A stretch of DNA of 64,000 bases, from the IMG/VR virus record IMGVR_UViG_3300044631_002648, positions 6,424 through 70,423 of that record; one strand, 5' to 3'. A model generated the notes under the pieces. That model was not told the origin of the DNA. It did not search any database and saw nothing but the letters and a program-made list of their open reading frames with translations. This DNA comes from a virus. The position numbers and the translations under genes are program-made. Below, piece after piece: positions 24,286 to 34,690 of this stretch. The first letter of the stretch is position 1, and every line of letters starts with the position of its first letter.

Positions 24286-25482
24286 ATGAGCACCACATCT
24301 TGTCGGTACGACGTTTCTCCTATTGAGAAATATGAAATGACACCTGAAGGTTATCTTCGGGTGTGGGCTTCTATTGCACGTACTGGCATTCAGCATTACA
24401 CCGATGCTGACGGTTCTATCAGGAAGGAATTCCGCCCTGAAACCGAGGTGGCGTCTCCAGAAAGCCTTGCCTCATTTGCGGGGAAGGCCATCACGATGGA
24501 ACATCCTCCTGTTCTTTTGGACAGTGAGAACACCAAAGATTACCAAATTGGTTTTACTGGTTCAGAAATTGTCTATGACAATGGCTTTGTAAAGGCCGTT
24601 ATGACAGTGACTGACCGCGAAACCATTGATAAGGTGATGAAAGGTGATGTTCGTGAAGTGAGCGCTGGCTATAGGGTCAATTATGATCCGACGCCTGGCG
24701 TTACCGATAGTGGCGAGCATTACGACGGCATCCAAAAGGAAATCAGTGGTAATCACGTTGCTATCGTTCGTCGGGGCCGAGCTGGCCCGCAGGTGAGGCT
24801 GCATTTGGATCGCCTAGATGCTGCTGACCCCTCCCTAATTTCCACTGAGGAAAATCAAACAATGAGCGCAAAAGTCGTTTTCGACGGCGCCGAGTTTGAG
24901 GTGAGCGAGAGCGTTGCTCTGGCGATCACCAAAGAACGCGAAGACGCCAAGATGTCCTACGAGGACATGAAGAAGAAGTACGACGAGCTGCAGGCCGCTG
25001 CTGATTCCATGAAATCCGAGATGGATGCAATGGAAAAAGAAATGAAGGGCAAGATGGACGGGGCCGAAGGCCGCGCCGATGCTCTGGCCGAGCAAGTTGA
25101 CTCTCTGAAAGCCGAGCTGGAAGAAGCCAAGCAAATCAACGTGGATTCCATTGTTGAAGATCGTCTGGCTCTCATCTCCAAGGCCAAGCCTGTGCTGGAT
25201 GCTGCCTATGAATTTGGCGGCAAGAGCGACCGTGAAGTGATGGTTGATGCCATCAAGGCAGTTCGCGGTGATTCTGTTGCTCTGGACGAGCGTTCCGACG
25301 ATTACGTCCTAGCAATGTTCGACACCATCTCTGAAGATGCTGCCAATCGCGCTGATTCCACTGAGGATCTGCGTAAGGCAGTGGCTTCTATTGCCACTCC
25401 TGCTTCTGCTCCTTCCTCCTATATGGAGAAGCTGCAGAATGCTTGGAAGTCCCCTCTCTCCATTTCCAAGGAGGCTAAGTAA
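24286..25482 (+). CDS. DUF2213 prohead protease/scaffold protein
   Basis: TPEGYL...IARTGIQ.Y, ITMEHP, EVSAGY, NHVAIV.RGRAG; coiled-coil C-terminal half; possible nested start at 24862. Confidence 0.9.
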   Translation: MSTTSCRYDVSPIEKYEMTPEGYLRVWASIARTGIQHYTDADGSIRKEFRPETEVASPESLASFAGKAITMEHPPVLLDSENTKDYQIGFTGSEIVYDNGFVKAVMTVTDRETIDKVMKGDVREVSAGYRVNYDPTPGVTDSGEHYDGIQKEISGNHVAIVRRGRAGPQVRLHLDRLDAADPSLISTEENQTMSAKVVFDGAEFEVSESVALAITKEREDAKMSYEDMKKKYDELQAAADSMKSEMDAMEKEMKGKMDGAEGRADALAEQVDSLKAELEEAKQINVDSIVEDRLALISKAKPVLDAAYEFGGKSDREVMVDAIKAVRGDSVALDERSDDYVLAMFDTISEDAANRADSTEDLRKAVASIATPASAPSSYMEKLQNAWKSPLSISKEAK

Positions 25483-25485
25483 TCC

Positions 25486-26055
25486 ATGGCCGTCACTTTT
25501 ACCCCCAGCACAGGCGCTGCAGGTGGTGTTCAGTCCAGCTATCCGCTGGAACTGACCGCTGCTCTGGAAGGCCAGTTTGCTGACATTGCTGATAATAATG
25601 TTGCCACTTTCGTGAACGAAACTGGCGCTGGTGTTGCTTTTGGCGACCTGCTGGTGGTTAACACTGGTGGTTCCGTTGGTAATTCCGCTAAGACCATTGC
25701 CGCCACTGGCGACACTGTGGTGGGCGTGAATGCTCTCACTTACATCGAAGAGAAGGCCACTGATGCCAATGGCCGCCCTGCCGCTTCTGATGAGCAGGCT
25801 CTCAACGTGATTAACAAAGGCGTTGTTGCTGTCTACGTGACTGGCGCCGTTGATCTCACCTCCCCTGTGCGTGTGCTGTATGCCACTCACACTGGCACCA
25901 CTGCTGGTGCTCATCCTGGTCGCTTCTCTCACGTTTTCGTGAGCGGTAAGACCCGCCGTCTGACTGCCGCCCGTTGGGTGTCGAAGACTACTGGTGCTGG
26001 TATTGCTCTGCTGGAGCTGAACGGCCCTGATTTCACCCTTGCCGCCGATTCCTGA
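25486..26055 (+). CDS. capsid decoration/cement protein
   Basis: Position between protease and MCP; Gly/Ala/Thr-rich beta protein. Confidence 0.7.
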   Translation: MAVTFTPSTGAAGGVQSSYPLELTAALEGQFADIADNNVATFVNETGAGVAFGDLLVVNTGGSVGNSAKTIAATGDTVVGVNALTYIEEKATDANGRPAASDEQALNVINKGVVAVYVTGAVDLTSPVRVLYATHTGTTAGAHPGRFSHVFVSGKTRRLTAARWVSKTTGAGIALLELNGPDFTLAADS

Positions 26056-26067
26056 TAGGAGGACACC

Positions 26068-26982
26068 ATGAGCGAATTTCGTATGGATGAAGCGGGTCTG
26101 TTTCTTGAGCGTCAGCTTGAGTACATCCGCCCTCAAGTGTTTGAAGTCGAATATGCCGACATCAAATACGCAACAATCCTGCCTGTAACCAGCGAAGCTG
26201 GTCCTGGCGCCCAAACCTTCACCTACCGCATCATGGATGCGACTGGTGACTTCAAGCTCATCTCTGACGCTGCAGATGATCTGCCGCGTGCTGATGTGAG
26301 CCAGATCGAGCGGAGCATCAACATCCGTTCGTTCGGTGGTTCCTTCGGTTATACCGTGCAGGAACTGCGTGCCGCTCAAATGGCCAACGTGGCCCTGGAG
26401 CAGCGCCGCGCCGCCGCTGTGCGTCGTGCTTATGAAGAGAAGGTTGAAGACATTGCAATGTTCGGTGAGGCTTCTGTTGGCCTCGTCGGCTTCTTCAATA
26501 ACTCCACTGTTGATGTGCTGGCTGCTGATAAGTGGTTCACTGGCGCTACCGCCACTGGCACCACCTCTCAGGACATGCTGGAGCTGCTGAACCAGGGTGT
26601 TACCGCCATCATCAATGGCTCCAATATGAAGGAGCAGCCCGACACCATTCTGATGTCGTGGGAAGATTACAACATTGTTTCCACCACTCGTAACTCCGAT
26701 TCTTCGGACGTGACTGTGCTGGAATACTTCCTGCGTACCAACCCCTTCATCCGTAATGTTGAGCCCATCAATCAGCTTGATGCTGATAAGAGTGCTCTGA
26801 CTAAGAATCGGATGGTGGTTTACAAGCGTGACCCCCAGAAGGTGCAACTGCACATTCCTCAGCCTCTTGAGCTGTTCCCCCCTCAACAGCGCGGTCTGGA
26901 ATTTATTGTTCCTGCCCATGCTCGCGTTGGTGGCGTCTCTCTGTACTATCCGAAGAGCGTCATTTACGTTCAGGCTCCCTGA
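26068..26982 (+). CDS. major capsid protein (DUF2184 type)
   Basis: FLERQLEYI...Y, DDLPRAD, YT.QEL.AA, VP.HAR.GGV..YYP; GGAGG RBS. Confidence 0.92.
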   Translation: MSEFRMDEAGLFLERQLEYIRPQVFEVEYADIKYATILPVTSEAGPGAQTFTYRIMDATGDFKLISDAADDLPRADVSQIERSINIRSFGGSFGYTVQELRAAQMANVALEQRRAAAVRRAYEEKVEDIAMFGEASVGLVGFFNNSTVDVLAADKWFTGATATGTTSQDMLELLNQGVTAIINGSNMKEQPDTILMSWEDYNIVSTTRNSDSSDVTVLEYFLRTNPFIRNVEPINQLDADKSALTKNRMVVYKRDPQKVQLHIPQPLELFPPQQRGLEFIVPAHARVGGVSLYYPKSVIYVQAP

Positions 26983-27052
26983 GGAAGCCTTTAGGTAGTT
27001 CGTCAAGAAAAGGGTGGTTAAGCTAATGAGCAGTTCTTTTTTGAACAAAACA

Positions 27053-27439
27053 ATGCTTATTGCTTACCGCCCTGAACTTGAGAATCCGCCGCGAGAAGCC
27101 AGCTTTGGAGTGATTACTAAGCGAGGCGTTATCAGCCTTGCTCCTGGACTTAATCAGGAAATTCCTGATGAGCAATGGGAAGAAGCAAAACTGAACCCTA
27201 CGGTGCAGAGTCTTCTTCGCATTGGAGCCCTTGAGGAAATGAAGGAGCGAGTGGAAATCGAGACTATTCCTAAGTCTGCAGAAAACCTTTCGCAACTTCC
27301 CCTTAGTCAAGCCATCCAGGCCATTGAACTTCTCCATGATGAAGACAAGCTTTCTGATTGGAAGAAGATTGAAGGTCGTGTGAGGGTGCGCAACGCGATT
27401 AACCGTCGTCTTGAAGCCATTCGCACAGGAAAAGCATGA
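27053..27439 (+). CDS. hypothetical virion-module protein
   Basis: L.PGLN...W pattern after MCP. Confidence 0.6.
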   Translation: MLIAYRPELENPPREASFGVITKRGVISLAPGLNQEIPDEQWEEAKLNPTVQSLLRIGALEEMKERVEIETIPKSAENLSQLPLSQAIQAIELLHDEDKLSDWKKIEGRVRVRNAINRRLEAIRTGKA

Positions 27440-27747
27440 CAGTCACTTATTCTGGGTTCTTACAGCGTTTCCCTGAATTCAGCCCTCATCCTTCAGGGAT
27501 TGTGAATGGCGCCATTGAAAGCGCAACAGCAGATGTATCCTCTGACATTTTTGGTGATCAGACTGACCGTGCCGTGCGTTTTCTAGCTGCTCACATCATT
27601 GCTATTCAGCTTGCCCAAATGGGCGTCCAAATTGGCGCTACAGATGGAAAAGTGTATGGCAATGGGCTGGACGCCACATTGTATGGTCAGGAATTTAAGC
27701 GCCTTACAGAAGCGGCCTCTTCTTCATTGCTTGGTTTTGTTGTCTGA
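27436..27747 (+). CDS. head-tail adaptor (DUF4054-like)
   Basis: F..RFPEF, LAAH, T.YGQEF. Confidence 0.8.
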   Translation: MTVTYSGFLQRFPEFSPHPSGIVNGAIESATADVSSDIFGDQTDRAVRFLAAHIIAIQLAQMGVQIGATDGKVYGNGLDATLYGQEFKRLTEAASSSLLGFVV

Positions 27748-28136
27748 TGACTAATCCTGCCCCGCCACTAGCTAATGCCACATTGGTGTTTGCAGTGGCG
27801 AGCGGATATGCGACAGATGCGGCCACTGGTAATTACGTTGAACTCACTGGAGATCAAACGTACTATGCCACATTGAAGCAGAGCAAGGATCCTCGGTACG
27901 ATCAGCGGCTAGGGACTGACGAAAACGTCATCTATATGAAAGGCCGCCTAGTTGGTCCTCTTGCATTTTCGGGAGTGCCCCCTGGAAGCGTGGCTGGTGC
28001 CACCATTGAAAATCAGGAGGGGCGTTTTGAACTGCTCCCTACGACTGAAATGACTGACCACTACCGTCAGTTTTTGGGCACTCCAATCCACGGCTACTTT
28101 AGAGTTGTGGGAGCAGGAAGTGTCCTTAATCGTTAA
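27747..28136 (+). CDS. putative head closure protein
   Basis: Synteny. Confidence 0.5.
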   Translation: MTNPAPPLANATLVFAVASGYATDAATGNYVELTGDQTYYATLKQSKDPRYDQRLGTDENVIYMKGRLVGPLAFSGVPPGSVAGATIENQEGRFELLPTTEMTDHYRQFLGTPIHGYFRVVGAGSVLNR

Positions 28137-28159
28137 TCACGCTCCTTCGCATTGTTTCA

Positions 28160-28738
28160 ATGGCCATTCAACATCCCACACAGATCATCAAGAGCCAGGA
28201 CACTATTGTGTATGTGGGCGCTCTTTCTGGCGCCACTCGTCCTGCAATTACTCCCGCCACTAACGGCGTTCTTAGTCGTCCCACTTCTGGCGTTCCTGCC
28301 AATAACTTTTTCTTGGGCGGCGTCACAAATGCCACTGTTTCCTTTAACGATGGCGAAACCGAATATTTCCTGCTTGGAAATGGCGGTTTTGCTGATGGCG
28401 TGAAGGTGACGCAGCGTTGCCAAGCATCCATCACTTCTTATTTCCAGAAGGATCTGGATGGCAGCAATATTGACAATACCCAGTTTGACGAAGCTTTCGA
28501 TCTGATCCTGCGCGGTCGCACCGATAAGGATTACGAAGTGTATGTTGAAATCTTTAAGTTCTTGGGTGGTCAAACTTATGACCTCACTTGCTTTGCTGCC
28601 ACTGTGATGAATTACAACGAGAGCTATCCTGCTGATAATCTCGTTGAAGCCACTTTTGATCTGATGAGCCGTGGCACCTATGGTGCTGGCCGCTGCACCA
28701 TTTCTGGCGGCATTCTGCCCACCAACCCCAACTCCTGA
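28160..28738 (+). CDS. major tail tube protein
   Basis: Synteny, size, beta-rich, followed by terminator. Confidence 0.7.
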   Translation: MAIQHPTQIIKSQDTIVYVGALSGATRPAITPATNGVLSRPTSGVPANNFFLGGVTNATVSFNDGETEYFLLGNGGFADGVKVTQRCQASITSYFQKDLDGSNIDNTQFDEAFDLILRGRTDKDYEVYVEIFKFLGGQTYDLTCFAATVMNYNESYPADNLVEATFDLMSRGTYGAGRCTISGGILPTNPNS

Positions 28739-28761
28739 TCTTTGGACTAGAGAGTTTCTCA

Positions 28762-28786
28762 TTAGCCCCCGAAAGGGGGCTATTTT
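28762..28786 (+). terminator. intrinsic terminator
   Basis: TAGCCCCC-GAAA-GGGGGCTA-TTTT. Confidence 0.8.
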
Positions 28787-28792
28787 AATGAT

Positions 28793-29197
28793 ATGAACGT
28801 CCTCCAACTGCGCGACACCGTTTCCCAACTGCTGTCTGGATTAATCGGCACTTATACATTGCCGAACAATACCACTCAGCCTGCATTGTATGTTGTTGGT
28901 CAGCAGGGAGTGCCCAAAGGATGGAAGGCCACTGGTTTGGAGGTGACTATTCGCCAGTACCCTAGGCAAACATCTCGTCCGCTAGTAGGAACAGTACAGA
29001 TCAACCAGCTATGGGAAATTGTGCTGGTTAATTACACTCCTGGATCAAAGGTGCTGGAGGAGGCAATTTTAAAGATCTTGAGGCATTTCCCTGATGCCAG
29101 GACAAGTTATCAAGACTATAGTGACATTGCTTACGAGCAGTATCGAGTTTTGATTCCTGAAATCGAGCTGCCCACTCAATTTATGATCAGGCAATGA
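28793..29197 (+). CDS. putative tail terminator/completion protein
   Basis: Synteny. Confidence 0.5.
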   Translation: MNVLQLRDTVSQLLSGLIGTYTLPNNTTQPALYVVGQQGVPKGWKATGLEVTIRQYPRQTSRPLVGTVQINQLWEIVLVNYTPGSKVLEEAILKILRHFPDARTSYQDYSDIAYEQYRVLIPEIELPTQFMIRQ

Positions 29198-29430
29198 AGC
29201 TTGTCAAAAGCAAATGCGAGAAAGCTTGGCTGTTTAATACAGCCAAGCGAAGTGATGAGATAATTGCGGGGCTTGCTTGCTTTTTGCCTGGATGTGAAGA
29301 AAGCGTACAAGTGGAAATGGGAGGCAAGGAATGGCATGCGATGGTTCCTGCGAAGGCAGTGAATAGTCCTGTGCCAGTAAAAGTGACTAACGCTAGACTC
29401 TCTCTGCTTATTAGCGCTTCCCATGAGTAA
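29194..29430 (+). CDS. hypothetical protein
   Basis: ATGA overlap. Confidence 0.55.
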   Translation: MKLVKSKCEKAWLFNTAKRSDEIIAGLACFLPGCEESVQVEMGGKEWHAMVPAKAVNSPVPVKVTNARLSLLISASHE

Positions 29431-29962
29431 ATATTCTTCGTTTTTTCTTCTCAGCAGTCCCGAGTACGAAAAGCTTGGAGATAAGTTGCGCCTGCGCAAA
29501 TATGGCAGTTGGCTGGCGGAAGAAGCCTGGCTTAGGGAAGAGCAGTCACAAAAGCGTGCATTGTTTACCTTGAAGGCTATTGATCTAGCGCGCAAGATTG
29601 CAAAAGACAAGGGAATTGAAGATGCAGAAGCTTTTGAGCTACTGCAGAACAGTGGCATGATTGACGAAGAGCTAATGGGAGGCTATGCAGCAGAGGCCAC
29701 TGCATTGATGGAGAATATGCCCTCCAACCGCACTCAGCTTGAGCAGCTTGTCACTATCTTCTTCCGCAATCGAGGCGAAGTGCTACAGGGCAAGAAATGG
29801 GAAGCCACTGATGACTGGACCGAGGAAGACACAAAGATGCTTCCTAAATTGGTTCTTGAGCAAGTGGAGCAATTCATGCTTAGCGAGGATTCCACTGGCG
29901 TAGTAGGCGAAGAGGGCGAGGAAAAAGAAGAAGAAGAAGAAGAGGAAGAAGCAAAAAACTAA
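29423..29962 (+). CDS. tail assembly chaperone (gpG-like)
   Basis: Ends GCA AAA AAC TAA with A AAA AAC slippery site. Confidence 0.75.
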   Translation: MSKYSSFFLLSSPEYEKLGDKLRLRKYGSWLAEEAWLREEQSQKRALFTLKAIDLARKIAKDKGIEDAEAFELLQNSGMIDEELMGGYAAEATALMENMPSNRTQLEQLVTIFFRNRGEVLQGKKWEATDDWTEEDTKMLPKLVLEQVEQFMLSEDSTGVVGEEGEEKEEEEEEEEAKN

Positions 29963-30366
29963 TCAGTCGGTTAGCTGAACAGTCTGACGCTGTGTTGAGC
30001 AGGGCAACAGATTGGACATTTTTGTATTGCCAGCTAACCGCTTTAAACCTTCCAGACCCTATTTTCCACGCATCGAACTTTGCGCGATTGCCAGTACGTT
30101 TGATTACAGACGTACTGGATAATCATTCAAAGATTTCTCGCATGCGTGCCAATGCGAATAGTTTGGCCACTGCAAAGATGGGGGCGATGGTGGCATCTGC
30201 GCTTGGCAGCAAGGGAAATCAAGTGAAGGTGACTGACTTTTTGCCATACGAAATGGAAAAAGACACGGGAAGCGTGTCTGAAGAGACTAAAGAAGTGCTC
30301 AAATGGGCACTTAAATCCCAAAAACTTCCGCCCGCCATTGTCGCAATGCTGGGAAGCGAATTGTAG
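29953..30366 (+). CDS. tail assembly chaperone extension (gpT-like, -1 frameshift)
   Basis: -1 frame is open from the slippery heptamer at 29953-29959 through 30366. Confidence 0.7.
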   Translation, partial: KKLISRLAEQSDAVLSRATDWTFLYCQLTALNLPDPIFHASNFARLPVRLITDVLDNHSKISRMRANANSLATAKMGAMVASALGSKGNQVKVTDFLPYEMEKDTGSVSEETKEVLKWALKSQKLPPAIVAMLGSEL

Positions 30367-30410
30367 TAAATGCTAGATTAGCAATAGCATATAGTCGGCG
30401 CATTGTAGTT

Positions 30411-30929
30411 GTGACGTATCAACTTCGATTTGAGAGCAATGCGTTTAAGGCAGACAGCGCCATTAGCAAAGCTTTGGATGCATTGCAGCGAACTATTAAT
30501 GGCGCCAAGAAGGTGGCGGGCGTGAGGGTAAGAGAAGAAGAGGTGAATAGGCTTGTAAAGCTTAGGGGAATAAATCAGCGCGTGTTTGCACGCGCAATGG
30601 ACTGGGCCGATAATGATTTCGACCAGCAAATCCTTTCCGAGCAATGGGATTGGAAAGGACCTGATTTTGAAACAAGAAGAAAGAATGGCCAGACAGTTAC
30701 TGAGCCTCGCGATATTGTTGATACTTCCGCATTGTTAAACAGTAAACGCAGGGAAGATTCAGCAGGTTCCATTACGGAATTTGAATGGACCGCACCTCAT
30801 GCAGAAGGAGTGCATGATGGTTATGTGGCTAGGGGCGGCAATCGAAACCCAGCAAGACCATGGACAGAGCCCACTATTGAAGATTTAGACGAAATTATTC
30901 AAGGCTTATTCGAGGAGGGCACTAAATAA
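30411..30929 (+). CDS. tail completion-like protein
   Basis: PRDIVDT..L..S, VHDG, PARPW (HK97 gp10-like pattern). Confidence 0.6.
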   Translation: MTYQLRFESNAFKADSAISKALDALQRTINGAKKVAGVRVREEEVNRLVKLRGINQRVFARAMDWADNDFDQQILSEQWDWKGPDFETRRKNGQTVTEPRDIVDTSALLNSKRREDSAGSITEFEWTAPHAEGVHDGYVARGGNRNPARPWTEPTIEDLDEIIQGLFEEGTK

Positions 30930-33900
30930 TGGCACGTTATACCATTGATTTCTCTACCAATGCGAGCGCCGTCGTTCGCGAGATAGAGAGAGTTAACAGA
31001 GAAATCACCAATGTTGCCAGAAATGGCAAGAAGGTGACAATTAATCTTGATACGAGCGGGCTCAAGACGCAGATCAGTGCGACGTTTGCGCAGCTCAATC
31101 GAGAGATTGCCTCTATGCAGGCAAAGCTGTCGAAGCTTCAAATTGGTAGCCAGCCATTTAGAAAGACTGCGGCGGCTATGGGCTTCCGCGAGGGGCAGGT
31201 AGAAAGGGGGCAAATGATTGCGCAGCCCCTAAGGCTGCGCGGACAGGCTCAATCTTTTGAACAGGATTCGCTTGTTCGTTTACAGAAAGAGCTGCAAGCG
31301 GCGCAGATTGAGGCTTCGCAAATCAGGCCCGCCACTGAGCCATGGGTGAGGCTGCAGGGCGAGATTGCTCGCATTAATGGGGAGCTAAGGCAGGCGGATA
31401 AGCTTGCGGAGAATATTCAGCTCACCCGTGACCTTGGGGCGTTTTCTCCTGGCAGCTTGAATCAGCTTGAAGCGAAGCTGACAATTTTGCGCAATCGTGC
31501 GCGAGAGATTTCTCCTGATACGACAGAGTGGAAAAATCTAAACAAGGAGATCGTTAAGGCTGAACAAGGTATTGAGAGGCAAACCAAAAAGCCTTTGTCG
31601 CGAGGGCAGCGCCTGGGCGCTGCTGGTGGCGCATTTCTCTATGGAGGAGGGCTTGGCGGCGGCGTAGGCAGTGCTGTTGGTGGTATTGCTGGCGGCCTGC
31701 TTGGAGGAGTGCCAGGCGCCTTTACAGGCGCCGCTATTGGTCAAGCAGTAGATACTCTTGGGCAATATGCTGCTGCTGTTGCAAAGATAGTCGGAGAGGT
31801 AAATAAGGCCCGAGTTGCGCTTGCTGGTGTCACCAGAGATCAGCAGGACTATGAGACTGCACTGGCAGCAGCAACTGATGCAAGCAATAAATTCCTTTTA
31901 CCGATTAGTGATGCGACTAGGCAGTTTGCTCGTTTGCAAGCGAGCGTAGCTGGCGCTGGATTTCAAACTGATACGACAAAGAAAGTTTTTGATGGCATTG
32001 CTGCAGCCATTGTTGCCACTGGCGGAAAAACAGAAGATTTAAACGGAGCGCTGCTTGCTACTGCGCAGGTATTTAGCAAAGGAAAAGTAAGTGCCGAAGA
32101 ACTGAGGGGTCAAATTGGTGAACGACTTCCTGGGGCGTTTACTGTCTTTGCCTCTGCTGTTGGCAAGACTCCACAGCAACTAGATGATGCGCTCCAGAAA
32201 GGCGAGGTAACGCTTTCCGACTTTGTTCTATTTACAGAAGAATTAACAAAGCGCTATGGCAAGACTGCCGAAATTCTTGCAACTGCTCCAGAAAATGCTG
32301 GCGCTCGCTTGCAGGTGGCATTGCAAGACGCTTCCGTTCGATACGCGGGATTTTTCCAGGTAGTTGGAGCTGGCTTCCAAGATAGTTTGACTGGTGTTTT
32401 AAATTGGGCTCGTCAAAACGAAGATAGCATCAAGCGCGTTGTAACAGTATTTGCCATTGGCTTTAATACACTTGGTGGATTAATTGGCAAATTTACCAAG
32501 TTTCTTGTCGATTCGTTTAATGGTGCATTTGCGCAGTTACTTGGGAACCTCGACACTGTTCTTGCGCGTATTGAAGATGCTATTAACAGAGCAGTTGGTG
32601 CAGCATCTCTAACTCCCGCGCAAATCCAAAAATTCCAAGAGCAAGCAGATAAAGCAACCAAGGCTAAGTATGGTGCCCGAATTGACTTAGGAGGCCGCAA
32701 TGGTCCCATTAATACTGGGCTAATTCTTGATCAAAATGCTGCGAGTCAATATTACAACAAATATTTCAACGATCTTGTTGATACCGCTACTAAATCTCGT
32801 GGAGCCAAGAAATATACAGAGGAAGTCCAGAAAAAACTATTCCCAGACTTTAAGCCTTCTTCTTTTGGTAGTGGACTTGGCCAAAATCCTGGAGGTATTC
32901 CAGGTGCTGGTGGCGGTGGAGCTGGTGGAAAAACTGCCCGTGAGCGCCAACTTCGTGATTTCCAAAACGAACGAATCGCTGAACTAAAAACCAACGAAAA
33001 AATTGCACAGCAGCGCCTTGATCAACAGCGCCAGCTAGAGATTATTGATGAAACGGAATACGCCATTGCTTCTGCTAGTAATAAACGCAAATTTGAGCTT
33101 CTTGTTATTGAAGAAGCATTGGCGCAAAAGAGGGCAAGTATTGGCGAATTTGAAGCCAATGTAAGAGAAAAGCAGCTTGGCGTGTTTGAGCAGCTCGCTG
33201 AAAATGAAAGAACTCTTGTTGAGGAAGAGTATAAAACTGCGGTGCAAGGAGCAAAGCTGCAGCTATCTAGGCCCTTTAAGGATGCAATCAGGGACGAAAA
33301 TATAGAGATTGGCAAGCAAACTCTGTTGCTGGAGAATCTTCAAAAGGGTTTCGCGGAGTTGACACCAGAGCAAGAAGCAAATCTGATTATCGAAGAAAAA
33401 ATTAAGGATTTACGCACAAAACAGCAGGCTCTAATTCAAGCAGAGATTGACAATCTAAGGACGGTCACTCTCGAAAGAATTCGCGGAGCTAATGCTCTTC
33501 AAAGAGAGACTGAGCTTCTTAGGCTTCGTAATCAAGCTGCAGTATTGAGGGCTCCCCTCGGACAGGAGCGCCTTGTTGAGCTTCAGCAAAACCCCAATCT
33601 CACGCCAGAGCAAGCCAAGGCTCAATTTGCTCTCGAAGAACAAAATCGTCGATTGCAAGTATTGCGTGAAGGCGCAGCAAGCTTGGCTGGAACAATCAAT
33701 TCCACACTCGGTGATTCCATTGTCAATCTTGCTACTAATTTTGGCAATGCTCAACAGATTGGCTTAAATTTCCTGCAAACTCTTGCCGATGGCTTTAAAC
33801 AGCTTGCCAATACAATCATCCAAGAATTAACCAGGGCTTTTGTTAACCAAGCTGTATCAAAGATTTTTGGTTTTGCACTTAGCTTCGTTCCTGGACTGGG

Positions 33901-34330
33901 CAGCTTTAGTGGAGGCGCTGGTTTTGGTCAGCAAACTCAATTGCCTTCTGGTGTTGGCATTGGTGCTGGTAATGGCATTATTCAGAATCCAGGAGGGCAA
34001 GGTTTTGGCACTCTTGGACCTAATTTTGGTTTCAGACAATTCGCTCAGGGCGGTGTCGTCACTGGTCCCACTCTCGGTCTTGTAGGCGAAGGTCGCTTCA
34101 ATGAAGCCGTTGTCCCCCTGCCCGATGGCCGTCGGATTCCCGTAGATCTTGGTGGCAATACTGGTAACAACATTTCCACTAACATTGTTGTCAATGTGAA
34201 CAATGGCCAAGCCTCGTCTCAAGTGAACGGCTCGAACGGTCAAGCGTTTGGTCGTGAGCTTGAAGGCGCTGTACGCAGTGTCATCCTGAAAGAAAGCCGT
34301 CCTGGCGGCATCATTTACAGCCAGCGTTAA
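30929..34330 (+). CDS. tape measure protein
   Basis: QVFSKGKVSAEELRGQIGERLPGA tape-measure domain; FAQGGVV...GE...EAVVPL C-terminus. Confidence 0.93.
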   Translation: MARYTIDFSTNASAVVREIERVNREITNVARNGKKVTINLDTSGLKTQISATFAQLNREIASMQAKLSKLQIGSQPFRKTAAAMGFREGQVERGQMIAQPLRLRGQAQSFEQDSLVRLQKELQAAQIEASQIRPATEPWVRLQGEIARINGELRQADKLAENIQLTRDLGAFSPGSLNQLEAKLTILRNRAREISPDTTEWKNLNKEIVKAEQGIERQTKKPLSRGQRLGAAGGAFLYGGGLGGGVGSAVGGIAGGLLGGVPGAFTGAAIGQAVDTLGQYAAAVAKIVGEVNKARVALAGVTRDQQDYETALAAATDASNKFLLPISDATRQFARLQASVAGAGFQTDTTKKVFDGIAAAIVATGGKTEDLNGALLATAQVFSKGKVSAEELRGQIGERLPGAFTVFASAVGKTPQQLDDALQKGEVTLSDFVLFTEELTKRYGKTAEILATAPENAGARLQVALQDASVRYAGFFQVVGAGFQDSLTGVLNWARQNEDSIKRVVTVFAIGFNTLGGLIGKFTKFLVDSFNGAFAQLLGNLDTVLARIEDAINRAVGAASLTPAQIQKFQEQADKATKAKYGARIDLGGRNGPINTGLILDQNAASQYYNKYFNDLVDTATKSRGAKKYTEEVQKKLFPDFKPSSFGSGLGQNPGGIPGAGGGGAGGKTARERQLRDFQNERIAELKTNEKIAQQRLDQQRQLEIIDETEYAIASASNKRKFELLVIEEALAQKRASIGEFEANVREKQLGVFEQLAENERTLVEEEYKTAVQGAKLQLSRPFKDAIRDENIEIGKQTLLLENLQKGFAELTPEQEANLIIEEKIKDLRTKQQALIQAEIDNLRTVTLERIRGANALQRETELLRLRNQAAVLRAPLGQERLVELQQNPNLTPEQAKAQFALEEQNRRLQVLREGAASLAGTINSTLGDSIVNLATNFGNAQQIGLNFLQTLADGFKQLANTIIQELTRAFVNQAVSKIFGFALSFVPGLGSFSGGAGFGQQTQLPSGVGIGAGNGIIQNPGGQGFGTLGPNFGFRQFAQGGVVTGPTLGLVGEGRFNEAVVPLPDGRRIPVDLGGNTGNNISTNIVVNVNNGQASSQVNGSNGQAFGRELEGAVRSVILKESRPGGIIYSQR

Positions 34331-34333
34331 TCC

Positions 34334-34687
34334 ATGGCACAGCCCACTTTAGTTCTAGACGTTGAATACGGCCTTACTGCCAGAAGAGGCACGCGCGTCA
34401 GGCGCGTGCAATTTGGCGATGGCTTCGAGCAAGTGTTTCCTGATGGCCTGAATGCTGACCTTAGGGAATACGACATTAGGACAGTACCCATCACTGATGA
34501 GCAAGCTGTTGCGTTAGATGAGACACTCTCTGAATTGCAGGGAGATTTCTTTGTGGCCCAGTTCTTTCAAGATAGTGAAGAATACAAATATCGCCTAGTC
34601 CCTAATCAATGGAGCTGGGAAAGTCTTGGTCCTAATTCCAACATCATTTCGTTTACTTGCCGTCGCATTTACGATTCGAGGAGCTGA
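34334..34687 (+). CDS. lambda gpM-like minor tail protein
   Basis: VQFGDGFEQ..PDGLN. Confidence 0.85.
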   Translation: MAQPTLVLDVEYGLTARRGTRVRRVQFGDGFEQVFPDGLNADLREYDIRTVPITDEQAVALDETLSELQGDFFVAQFFQDSEEYKYRLVPNQWSWESLGPNSNIISFTCRRIYDSRS

Positions 34688-34690
34688 TAA

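Noticed and set aside
25309-27048. 579-aa antisense ORF over the capsid genes (similar cases at 925-1674 and 46369-47199)
   Set aside because: They mirror clear sense-strand genes with biased codon use and show no recognisable motifs.
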